32,000 nucleotides of DNA, from assembly GCA_021650915.1 (NCBI GenBank), contig CP091279.1:3810001-3842000 (forward strand), in the 5' to 3' direction. This DNA is from Candidatus Brocadia sp. (GTDB lineage: Bacteria > Planctomycetota > Brocadiia > Brocadiales > Brocadiaceae). Each line of letters starts with the position of its first letter. The stretch's first letter is position 1. Under the pieces are notes generated by a model. That model ran no database searches, was not told the DNA's origin, and saw only the letters and a list, made by a program, of their open reading frames with translations. Shown here one piece after another: positions 8,560 through 16,212 of the stretch. A program made the translations under genes and the position numbers.

Positions 8560-9714
8560 ATGACGCAGGGAAAGAGTACCTGTGGAGTTGATGCAATACG
8601 TAAAGGTCTTCATATTATCATATGCCACGTTGCTGCCTTTTGCGTTTTTTATCTCCTACAACCTAGTGCTTTTTCAGATCCTAAGGGCGATTCGTATCAT
8701 CTGCCGTTGCCGTCAGGCGTTTTAGAACCAATCATTCCTGAAGACAATCCTTTGACAATGGAGAAAATAGCGCTGGGTAAAGAACTCTTTTTTGACAAAC
8801 GCCTTTCCGCTGATGATACCGTCAGTTGTGCCACCTGCCATGACCCGGAAAAGGGATTTGCCGACGGTAAGGCAATTGCCGTTGGAATAAAAGAGCGAAA
8901 GGGGACGAGAAATAGTCCTACAGTGCTTAATGCAGCCTTTTTCGATACGCAATTCTGGGATGGAAGGGCAATGACCCTGGAAGAACAGGCAAAACAACCC
9001 ATCATTAATCCGAAGGAGATGGGGATGCCTTCCCACGATGCCCTTGTAGAAAAAATCTCAGGCATTCCTGAGTATAAAACCGCCTTTCAGGCTGTTTTTG
9101 GAACAGAGAAGATCACGATAGATCTGATTGTTATGGCCATTGCATCTTTTGAACGGACCCTTATTACCTTTAATACACCGTTTGACCGATTTATCGCCGG
9201 CAAAGGTGACGCTATAAGCGCATCTGCGCAACGAGGATGGAAATTATTTCAGGGAAAGGCGCGGTGTGTCACCTGTCATGAATTTAATGTGTCATATCCC
9301 TTTTTTACGAATAACAAGTTTCACAATGTTGGTGTTGCTATGAAGGGAAAGGATTTTGAATCCCTGGCCAGAAAGGCAGCCGGCTCAGGCGCAGACCCTT
9401 CGGCGCTTGCACAGGAAGAGGCATCTTCTGAACTCGGACACTATCTGGTAACGAAGGAGCCGAAAGATATTGGGGCATTCAAGACCTCAGGGCTGCGAAA
9501 CATTGCCCTTACTGCCCCGTATATGCACGACGGGAGCGAGCTAACCCTGGAAAGCGTTGTCGAATTTTATGATAAGGGTGGCATCCCAAATCCGAATCTG
9601 GACGGTGGAATAAGACCGCTCAATTTAACAGAGGATGAAAAAAAGGATTTGGTTGAGTTTATGAAATCACTCACCAGTGATGATCTTCCGGAATCAGGCA
9701 TTACGGTGAAATAA
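8560..9714 (+). CDS. Di-haem cytochrome c peroxidase (CCP/MauG family), signal peptide
   Basis: Two CxxCH motifs: CATCH (8827-8841) and CVTCH (9265-9279). Family-typical stretches are FFDKRLS, GTRNSPTVLNAAF, FWDGRA and YMHDGS. The N-terminus is hydrophobic. SD GAGAGGGGGG precedes the start. Confidence 0.9.
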   Translation: MTQGKSTCGVDAIRKGLHIIICHVAAFCVFYLLQPSAFSDPKGDSYHLPLPSGVLEPIIPEDNPLTMEKIALGKELFFDKRLSADDTVSCATCHDPEKGFADGKAIAVGIKERKGTRNSPTVLNAAFFDTQFWDGRAMTLEEQAKQPIINPKEMGMPSHDALVEKISGIPEYKTAFQAVFGTEKITIDLIVMAIASFERTLITFNTPFDRFIAGKGDAISASAQRGWKLFQGKARCVTCHEFNVSYPFFTNNKFHNVGVAMKGKDFESLARKAAGSGADPSALAQEEASSELGHYLVTKEPKDIGAFKTSGLRNIALTAPYMHDGSELTLESVVEFYDKGGIPNPNLDGGIRPLNLTEDEKKDLVEFMKSLTSDDLPESGITVK

Positions 9715-9781
9715 GTTTCGTACAGATGGGTTTTTCTTTGGGCGTTGGTTTTTTGGAAGCACTATACGGAGAGAATGAATT

Positions 9782-10867
9782 ATGAGCACAAAAAACAAGG
9801 GGAAAAATGACCGGGTGAAACACACGAACTTCGGGGGTGTGAGTCGCAGGGAATTTTTAAAAACCACGATGAAGGCCGGGGTGGTTCTTGCAGGTTCTGA
9901 TGCTATCCTGAACTCATCTGAGAATCTGGTGCAACTGGTTGCCATGAAAAAGGGGACAGAAGAATTTATGTTTGCCTATATATCCGACTCCCATCTCTTT
10001 GCGCGGGGGAAGGAGCATCGGTTTGCCAGGGCGCTGATAAAGGCAGTTGATGACGTGAATGCCATGTCCCCGCAGCCGGATTTTGTGCTTTACGGAGGAG
10101 ACCTGGCGCAGTTAGGGCTGCGGGAGGAGTTGTTGCTCGGGAAAGAGATTATCTCCCCCTTAAAGCCCAAATGCTATATGATGGTTGGCGAGCATGACTG
10201 GTACTATGATATGGGAGTGGCATGGAAGGAATTCTTTGGTCAGCCAACGTATTCCTTTGATCATAAGGGAGTTCATTTCATTGTACTGAACAGTGTAATT
10301 GTTGAGGATTATTGGTCAGCAACGGGTATGTCGCCCATGGAACGGATGTTATTTATGGCACAGCTGGATAATCCGAAGGGGAGGCCTTTTACCGTTGGCG
10401 AAGAGCAGCGGAAATGGCTGAAAGACGATCTTTCCCGGGTGAGCAAGGCGACGCCCGTCGTCGTTTTTTCCCACTCGCCTTTATACAAGTATTATAAACC
10501 ATGGAATTTCTGGACCGGCGATGCAGAAAAGGTGCAGCAACTATTAATGCCGTTCAAGTCGGTAACGGTTATCCACGGCCATACCCACCAGGTGCTTACC
10601 AATAAAATAAAGAATATGGCGTTTCACGGCATGTTGTCCACGGCATGGCCATGGCCTTATGCGCCCGAGGGGATTCCGGCGCTCACTATTCAAATGGACA
10701 GGGCAGACCCGTTTAACCAGTTCGATGGCACCGGATGGGGGACGGCAGAGATAATTTCCCAGGGAAATGTGAACAAAACTTACCATCTCTGGGACAGGAA
10801 CCCGATGGTTATTTCCTATGAAAAACTCTCTGCCAGCAGAGAACCTGTGTCTGGTCCTTCTTATTAG
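9782..10867 (+). CDS. Calcineurin-like metallophosphoesterase with twin-arginine (Tat) signal
   Basis: Tat motif SRREFLK (9842-9862) is followed by a hydrophobic stretch. Phosphoesterase motifs: ISDSH, GGDLAQ, GEHD, VLNS, FSHSP and IHGHTHQ. Confidence 0.85.
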   Translation: MSTKNKGKNDRVKHTNFGGVSRREFLKTTMKAGVVLAGSDAILNSSENLVQLVAMKKGTEEFMFAYISDSHLFARGKEHRFARALIKAVDDVNAMSPQPDFVLYGGDLAQLGLREELLLGKEIISPLKPKCYMMVGEHDWYYDMGVAWKEFFGQPTYSFDHKGVHFIVLNSVIVEDYWSATGMSPMERMLFMAQLDNPKGRPFTVGEEQRKWLKDDLSRVSKATPVVVFSHSPLYKYYKPWNFWTGDAEKVQQLLMPFKSVTVIHGHTHQVLTNKIKNMAFHGMLSTAWPWPYAPEGIPALTIQMDRADPFNQFDGTGWGTAEIISQGNVNKTYHLWDRNPMVISYEKLSASREPVSGPSY

Positions 10868-10881
10868 TTTATTGTAAGGTA

Positions 10882-11000
10882 GAGGAATTTCAAACTTTCC
10901 GCTCCTGCCTTACACACCCCCAACCCCCTCTCAAGAGGGGAAGAAAGAAGTCCCCTCCTGGGAGGGGATTCAGGGGTGGGTTTAAATGTTGAGGAATCTC
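10882..11000. repeat. Dyad of two tail repeats around two C/G hairpins
   Basis: 10882-10930 is the reverse complement of the tail repeat, with a 17-nt internal insert. It is followed by CCCCCTC-tcaa-GAGGGG, then TCCCCTC-ctgg-GAGGGGA running into GGATTCAGGGGTGGGTTTAAATGTTGAGGAATCTC (10962-11000). Confidence 0.7.
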
Positions 11001-11011
11001 AAAGTTGTAGT

Positions 11012-11040
11012 TGTAGAGCGATGAGGCTCGTCGCTCTACA
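11012..11040. repeat. Palindromic repeat TGTAGAGCGATGAGGCTCGTCGCTCTACA
   Basis: A near-perfect 13-bp-arm palindrome. A second copy, GTAGAGCGACGAGTCTCGTCGCTC, lies at 13988-14010. Confidence 0.8.
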
Positions 11041-11096
11041 TTGAGAAGGGCGCCAAAGACCTAATAAAAAAACAACAGTTATAAAGGGAGGCAACA

Positions 11097-11813
11097 ATGA
11101 AGACGGTATATAAGATTTTTCTCGGTTTTTACCTGTGTCTTGCAATGGTTCCGTATGCTGTAAAAGCAGAAGATATTTCTCAGGACAATACATCGAATGA
11201 TGGCCAGCCGTCAGGGGAAAAGGCGGTGCAGGTTGTTACCGCCTGTGACGGCAGAAAAAAGGTAATTGTGGAAGGATGTAGCGAAGGCGAAACTATGCCG
11301 GCACAGAAGGCAAGAAAAGTGGCGGAACTCCTGATGACACTCATGGAGTTCTGTGAGGATGAAATTACCGCGAAGTTGCCGAAAACCGGGATGTCTATCC
11401 AGCTTTCCGTCAACGGCATGCCGTATGTTACTGTCGGGGACACGGAAGAAATTCCCCTTGTATTGGTGCACGGGGGGAGACCGCATACGGAAAGAGAAAG
11501 GAAGATATGGACAGCCGAAAAGGACCGGATGATTGCCGAAGGATATGCATTGTTTCATAATCCGAGCCTTGGGAAAAACGGCATTTCCTGCGACATGTGC
11601 CATCCGGACGCCTCAAATACCCACCCCGAGACATATCCCAAATATCAGACGCAAATGAACAAGGCCGTCCTCCTGAGAGACATGATAAACTGGTGCATTG
11701 AAAATCCCATGGAAGGAGCCAAGCTTGCGGAGGATGATCCGAAAATGAAGGCGGTAGAGGCATACATCCTTTCTGCCCGTGCCGGAAAGCAACTTGAGCC
11801 GGGTAAGCACTAA
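11097..11813 (+). CDS. Secreted mono-haem c-type cytochrome
   Basis: Signal peptide MKTVYKIFLGFYLCLAMVPYAVKA. A single CxxCH, CDMCH (11589-11603). The C-terminal INWCIENPMEG...AVEAYI stretch resembles SoxAX/TsdA-type cytochrome folds by eye. SD GGGAGG precedes the start. Confidence 0.75.
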   Translation: MKTVYKIFLGFYLCLAMVPYAVKAEDISQDNTSNDGQPSGEKAVQVVTACDGRKKVIVEGCSEGETMPAQKARKVAELLMTLMEFCEDEITAKLPKTGMSIQLSVNGMPYVTVGDTEEIPLVLVHGGRPHTERERKIWTAEKDRMIAEGYALFHNPSLGKNGISCDMCHPDASNTHPETYPKYQTQMNKAVLLRDMINWCIENPMEGAKLAEDDPKMKAVEAYILSARAGKQLEPGKH

Positions 11814-11898
11814 CGCGAGGTAAATATTTAAAAAAATACAGGCGGATACTCACGAAACAGTCTTGTTCCGGGTTGACCTGGGAGGAGAATAATACGGA

Positions 11899-12399
11899 AT
11901 GAAATACGAAAATTTTAATGACGCCGAGGCACTGAAGATTGCAATGACCATCGAGGAAGAGGGTCTCGAATTTTATTCAATCCTCATGAAAAGCACAAAA
12001 GACGACAAGGCAAAGGATATCTTTTCGGAACTCGCCTTGGCCGAAAAGAAACATCTTGCCCTTTTTCAAAAGGCATATTCTGAAATACCTGCTCCGGTAA
12101 ATCCGGTGCAAGGGTGTGAAGATTATACCGTGAACCTGTATTTGAAAGATTTGGTAGACACGGGCATATTTACGAAAAAAGGGGAAGCCAGGAGGCTTGC
12201 AACGGAAATAAAGTCCGATATCGATGCACTAAAAATCGGCATTCAGGCGGAGAAGGACTCTATTCTCTATTATAATGAGGCTGCAAAAAACACAAGGCAC
12301 GAAGGAGGAAAAAAGGCATTTGAACAACTGACTAATGAAGAGAAAAAACATTTACAAAGACTGACAGAATTGCTGAAGGTATTAAAGAAGATACCGTAA
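11899..12399 (+). CDS. Ferritin-like / rubrerythrin-family di-iron protein (no rubredoxin domain)
   Basis: Two half-repeats carry E...ExxH-type ligand patterns: IEEEGLEFY...LAEKKHL and IQAEKDSILYY...NEEKKHL. SD GGAGGAG precedes the start. Confidence 0.75.
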   Translation: MKYENFNDAEALKIAMTIEEEGLEFYSILMKSTKDDKAKDIFSELALAEKKHLALFQKAYSEIPAPVNPVQGCEDYTVNLYLKDLVDTGIFTKKGEARRLATEIKSDIDALKIGIQAEKDSILYYNEAAKNTRHEGGKKAFEQLTNEEKKHLQRLTELLKVLKKIP

Positions 12400-12551
12400 T
12401 AATCGTTTCCTGTTATTTGCAGTGGTTTTTATCGCAGGTGAATCCCGTTGTGTTTTTTAATTTAATCCTTGAGGCTGGCTCACGAAGCAGGAAAGAGAGG
12501 ATTTCGCGGCTTTTCTGTAAACAGGAGAATGATAAAAATAAGGAGGTGCCT

Positions 12552-13238
12552 ATGCTTGACAGACGTGAATTTTTAACGATAACAGGCGCAGGAGGGGCTG
12601 CCCTGTTATTCGGTATTCCAAACCCCATACTTGCATCAACAGAAAAGGAGGAGAAAACTATGCCGTACACAGCAAAGGATTATGCAAAGCTTATTGGTAT
12701 GGAGGGGTTCAGCGAGACGCTTTTGAAAAACCACTTCACCCTCTATCAGGGATATGTGACAAACACGAACAAGGCGCTCGATATCCTCGGCCAGATGCTG
12801 AAGGATGGAAAGACAGCAACGCCGGAGTTTGCAGAATTAAAGAGGAGGCTGGGCTGGGAGTTCAATGGAATGCGGCTCCATGAATATTATTTTGAAAATC
12901 TTGGGAAAAAAGGCGGTATCAATAAAGAGGGCGCCCTTGCCAAGAAAATAACCGAGGAATTCGGGAGTTACGAGATGTGGGAAAAGGACTTCAAGGCAGT
13001 GGGAGCCATGCGGGGGATTGGATGGGCTGTCCTTTATCAGGACAACGCCAATGGGAGGCTTATCAACTTCTGGATCAACGAGCATGACGTAGCGCATCCT
13101 GCGGGGTGTAATCCGCTCCTGATCATGGACGTATTTGAGCACGCATTTATGATCGATTATGGCCTCAAGAGGGCAGATTACATCGAGGCATTCTTCAAGA
13201 ATATCGATTGGTCAGCCGCAGAGGCAAGGATGAAATAG
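12552..13238 (+). CDS. Fe/Mn superoxide dismutase family protein with Tat-type signal
   Basis: SD AGGAGG (12541-12546) precedes ATG 12552. MLDRREFLTITGAGGAALLFGIPNPILAS looks like a Tat signal. SOD-family motifs: HFTLYQGYVTNTN, LHEYYF and MDVFEHAF (D-x2-E-H). The track start at 12417 was rejected because it has no SD and runs through intergenic repeat-like sequence. Confidence 0.8.
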   Translation: MLDRREFLTITGAGGAALLFGIPNPILASTEKEEKTMPYTAKDYAKLIGMEGFSETLLKNHFTLYQGYVTNTNKALDILGQMLKDGKTATPEFAELKRRLGWEFNGMRLHEYYFENLGKKGGINKEGALAKKITEEFGSYEMWEKDFKAVGAMRGIGWAVLYQDNANGRLINFWINEHDVAHPAGCNPLLIMDVFEHAFMIDYGLKRADYIEAFFKNIDWSAAEARMK

Positions 13239-13276
13239 CATTAATTAGGCTTTTGGCGCTTTACCCCCCCCTGTTT

Positions 13277-13324
13277 CCCCCCGTTTACGGGGGGGGGATT
13301 ATGGGGGTGTTTGAAATTCCTAAC
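13277..13324 (+). repeat. C/G hairpin plus tail repeat, copy 3
   Basis: CCCCCC-gtttac-GGGGGGG runs into GGATTATGGGGGTGTTTGAAATTCCTAAC. Confidence 0.7.
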
Positions 13325-13502
13325 ATCAAACTAACCCTGTCAGGGTTGGCTCACGGATTTCGTAATGGTGATTTTGTCTTTTTCGGTATATTCGGGTGGT
13401 GAAGGATATGAGGATGTTTTCACAGGAAAGGAGGCAAATAAAAAAATAACGTGCTTTACTGGATAATGTAGTCTGAACGTATTGTCAGGAAAGGAGTAGA
13501 AA

Positions 13503-13964
13503 ATGAGGAAAATAGGGATGTTCATAGGCGTGATTTCTGTTTTTGGCATTCTCCACCTTACCCAGGCATTTGCCCAACAGGGGATGCAGTGGCGAGGGGG
13601 TGGCGGATGGGGAGCGGGCGCCCCGTACAGCAGGATGTATGACCTGAAGACCGTTGAGACCATCAGCGGGGAAGTCGTCAGCGTGGACGTTATTACTCCG
13701 GTAAAAGGGATGTGCTACGGGGTGCATCTGATGGTAAAGACGGAAAAGGAAACCATTTCCGTTCATTTAGGCCCGGGCTGGTATATCGAAAACCAGGATA
13801 CCAAAATCGAGCCGAAGGACAAGGTTGAAGTAACAGGTTCACGGATCACCCTTGACGGCAAACCAGCGATTATTGCAACGGAAGTGAAGAAAGGCGAAGA
13901 GATCCTGAAGCTCCGGGATGAAAAAGGGGTTCCTCTTTGGAGTGGTTGGAGAAAACGTTCATGA
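13503..13964 (+). CDS. Small secreted protein of unknown function (Gly/Trp-rich N-region and a beta-rich domain)
   Basis: SD AAGGAG. Signal peptide MRKIGMFIGVISVFGILHLTQAFA. The motifs HLGPGWY and LRDEKGVPLW recall MamS/MamX-like periplasmic domains, a weak recollection only. Confidence 0.6.
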   Translation: MRKIGMFIGVISVFGILHLTQAFAQQGMQWRGGGGWGAGAPYSRMYDLKTVETISGEVVSVDVITPVKGMCYGVHLMVKTEKETISVHLGPGWYIENQDTKIEPKDKVEVTGSRITLDGKPAIIATEVKKGEEILKLRDEKGVPLWSGWRKRS

Positions 13965-13987
13965 TCCCTGAAGCGGCTTCTTATCGG

Positions 13988-14010
13988 TAGAGCGACGAGT
14001 CTCGTCGCTC
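13988..14010. repeat. Palindromic repeat, second copy (GTAGAGCGACGAGTCTCGTCGCTC)
   Basis: Same family as 11012-11040. Confidence 0.8.
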
Positions 14011-14024
14011 AGCCACCACAGCTT

Positions 14025-14070
14025 TGAAAGTCCGTAGGGACACGGTGCCCCGTGTCCTTGCGGACTTTCA
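14025..14070. other. Long hairpin (21-bp stem including two G-T/G-U pairs, loop TGCC)
   Basis: TGAAAGTCCGTAGGGACACGG / CCGTGTCCTTGCGGACTTTCA. It lies in the intergenic region after the 13503-13964 gene and has no U-tract. Confidence 0.75.
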
Positions 14071-14084
14071 GGAATAAGGATTGA

Positions 14085-14495
14085 ATGACGATGGATAAAT
14101 CAAAGGTCAATCTGGTAATCGATGCCCTGCTATTTCTCTGTGTTATGGCAATGACCGGGATCGGAATACTCATGAAGTTTGTCTTACTGCCCGGCAAGGA
14201 TACCTGGGCTGTCTACGGCAGAAAAGTGGAGTTGTTCTTGTTTGGCATGGACCGCCACCAATGGGGAACGATTCATATGATCATTGCCTTTGTCTTTCTG
14301 GGATTGGCGGCGCTTCATGTCGTCCTCCACTGGAAGATGATTGTGTCGTTTTATCCCCGATTAATTGGAAATAAGACTGCGAGACGAATCATTGCCGTGA
14401 TGCTTGTCATTGTGGCTCTGTTTTTTGTGACCTTTCCCTTGGTTGTAAAACCTGAAGTGCAGGAACCGGAGCATAAAGGACGAAACTACCGGTAA
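14085..14495 (+). CDS. DUF4405-like membrane protein (putative haem-b/cytochrome-b-like module)
   Basis: Three to four predicted transmembrane helices. The conserved-looking pattern HQWGTIHMIIAFVFLGLAALHVVLHW is typical of DUF4405 by recollection. Confidence 0.6.
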   Translation: MTMDKSKVNLVIDALLFLCVMAMTGIGILMKFVLLPGKDTWAVYGRKVELFLFGMDRHQWGTIHMIIAFVFLGLAALHVVLHWKMIVSFYPRLIGNKTARRIIAVMLVIVALFFVTFPLVVKPEVQEPEHKGRNYR

Positions 14496-14572
14496 ATTCC
14501 CCCTTCCTTCTTGAAGGATATTCCTCAAAACCTCTTTAACAATGGGGAAGTCAGGGGGTTATCCGGTACGCT

Positions 14573-15181
14573 ATGAAAAAATCGCGATTCATCGAATTTT
14601 TGATACGGCATAACGAGCTTGATCAGTCTGGATTTGAGGAATGGGTCTTTTATCCCGGCATGCTATTTCATAGCCAGGATAAATGGTGGGAAGACGGAGG
14701 GGTGCGCCAGAGACCCCACGAAGGAGTAGATTTCTGTTTTTACCGTGACGCGGCGGGACAATTTCACAACCTGGACAAGAAAACAAAAATTCCCGTGATG
14801 TACGATGGAGAAATCGTGAATATTCAGGATGATTTTCTGGGGAAATCTCTCTTTCTGCGTCACGACATCTCTGATAATTACGGGAACAGGCTTTATACCA
14901 TGTATGGCCATACGAGTCCCTATCGTGGTGCTGAAGTTGGAAGGATTTTCCGGGAAGGAGAAACAATTGCTGCAATTGCAGATGCCGAAAGGAAAAACAC
15001 ACAGATTGCTTCTCATTTGCATATCTCCGTGGCATGGCTGCAGAAGTCTTTCCCTCACGAAAGGCTTGACTGGAAAACGATAAATGATGACCGTGTTGTG
15101 ACACTTTGTGATCCCTTGGAGTTTATCGAGAGGAAATACAAAGTACGGCGTGGCGTTCTCTGGAAGAAATCCGGCGGATAG
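14573..15181 (+). CDS. M23 (LytM-type) metallopeptidase family protein, no obvious signal peptide
   Basis: HEGVDF (HxxxD) and SHLHISV (HxH) zinc-ligand motifs. Confidence 0.75.
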   Translation: MKKSRFIEFLIRHNELDQSGFEEWVFYPGMLFHSQDKWWEDGGVRQRPHEGVDFCFYRDAAGQFHNLDKKTKIPVMYDGEIVNIQDDFLGKSLFLRHDISDNYGNRLYTMYGHTSPYRGAEVGRIFREGETIAAIADAERKNTQIASHLHISVAWLQKSFPHERLDWKTINDDRVVTLCDPLEFIERKYKVRRGVLWKKSGG

Positions 15182-15292
15182 CGCAGGGGAGAAGCATTTG
15201 GCAGGAGAAGAGAAATGTATTTTTTTGTACGGGTAAGGACTTCACTCTTACCCGGCCGTTAATATTACAATACAAACCATTGGAGGATACTC

Positions 15293-15868
15293 ATGAAAAA
15301 ATCTTTGGGCCAAAAAACTATCGTATATCCAACCCCCGTCCTTATTGTGGGAACCTATGACAAGGCGGGAAAACCCAATGCGATGAATGTTGCCTGGGGC
15401 GGGCTTTGTTGTTCCAGTCCGCCATCTATTGCGATATCCATCAGGAAGGCTACCTATACCTATGGAAATCTGGTGGAACGAAAGGCCTTTACGGTAAATA
15501 TCCCGTCGGAATCTTACGCGAAGGAGGCCGATTATTTCGGCATCGCATCGGGCGGAAAGGAAGACAAGTTTTCCGCAACGGGGCTTACTCCGGAAAGGAG
15601 TAGCCTTGTAGATGCGCCGTATATCAAAGAATTTCCGCTTGTTCTGGAATGCAAGCTTACGTATACGATTGAGATCGGATTACACACCCAGTTTATTGGT
15701 GAGATCATGGATGTCAAGGTCGAGGAGTCTGCGCTGGGGGAAAGTGGTATCATTGATATGGAAAAGCTTCACCCGATTTTATATGCCCCGGAGATCCGCG
15801 CCTATTATGGAGTGGGAAAACCTCTTGGCAAGGCATTTTCCATAGGAAAGCAGGTAAAGGTTTCGTGA
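15293..15868 (+). CDS. Flavin reductase-like FMN-binding domain protein
   Basis: [25 protein letters not shown] and the overall pattern are typical of the flavin reductase (DIM6/NTAB) family. SD GGAGGA precedes the start. Confidence 0.8.
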   Translation: MKKSLGQKTIVYPTPVLIVGTYDKAGKPNAMNVAWGGLCCSSPPSIAISIRKATYTYGNLVERKAFTVNIPSESYAKEADYFGIASGGKEDKFSATGLTPERSSLVDAPYIKEFPLVLECKLTYTIEIGLHTQFIGEIMDVKVEESALGESGIIDMEKLHPILYAPEIRAYYGVGKPLGKAFSIGKQVKVS

Positions 15869-16102
15869 TATGAACATTAAGGTTGTTTCCTAGTTTTCCG
15901 CATGTCTTGGAAGGGTACCATAAAACATACAATAATCAAGTTTTACCCCGCTATCTTTCTGCCTTTTTTTACCTTTTTCTGCCTCGGGATCAAGGCTTCT
16001 AAGCCTTTTTTCTCTCATTTTTACCCACTCAATAAGGAGAAGACACAAAAAACAAGGACATTTCTTTGCGCTTGTTTTTAAAAGCACGGGGAGAGAATAT
16101 GT

Positions 16103-16130
16103 TTGACTTGAATTGGAAAAGGCTTATACT
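16103..16130 (+). promoter_or_regulatory. Candidate sigma-70 promoter of the feoB operon
   Basis: TTGACT (16103-16108), a 16-nt spacer, then TATACT (16125-16130), 83 nt upstream of the feoB ATG. Confidence 0.45.
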
Positions 16131-16136
16131 TTTTAA

Positions 16137-16167
16137 ATGAGACTCAATTTCTTTTGTTTGAGCTCAT
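16137..16167 (+). promoter_or_regulatory. Inverted repeat just downstream of the -10 box; candidate metalloregulator operator or 5'-UTR hairpin
   Basis: ATGAGACTCAA (16137-16147), a 10-nt spacer, then TTGAGCTCAT (16158-16167). The arms match 10/11. Confidence 0.35.
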
Positions 16168-16212
16168 AGGTGAATTGTTCTGTACTATTACTTCATGAGT
16201 GAGATGAAATAA

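Noticed and set aside
13346-13361. TGGCTCACGGATTTCG as a sigma-54 promoter (-24 GG / -12 GC)
   Set aside because: The -12 element reads TTTCG rather than TTGC. The related copy at 12476-12509 has a 14-nt insertion between the two halves, which is incompatible with fixed -24/-12 spacing.
8370-14070. Repeated hairpins as a CRISPR array
   Set aside because: The copies are irregularly spaced (kilobases apart), lie in both orientations and are separated by genes. No cas genes are present.
15230-15254. Hairpin CGGGTAAG...CTTACCCG between the M23 peptidase and flavin reductase genes as a terminator
   Set aside because: No U-tract follows it on either strand, so the evidence is insufficient to call a terminator.
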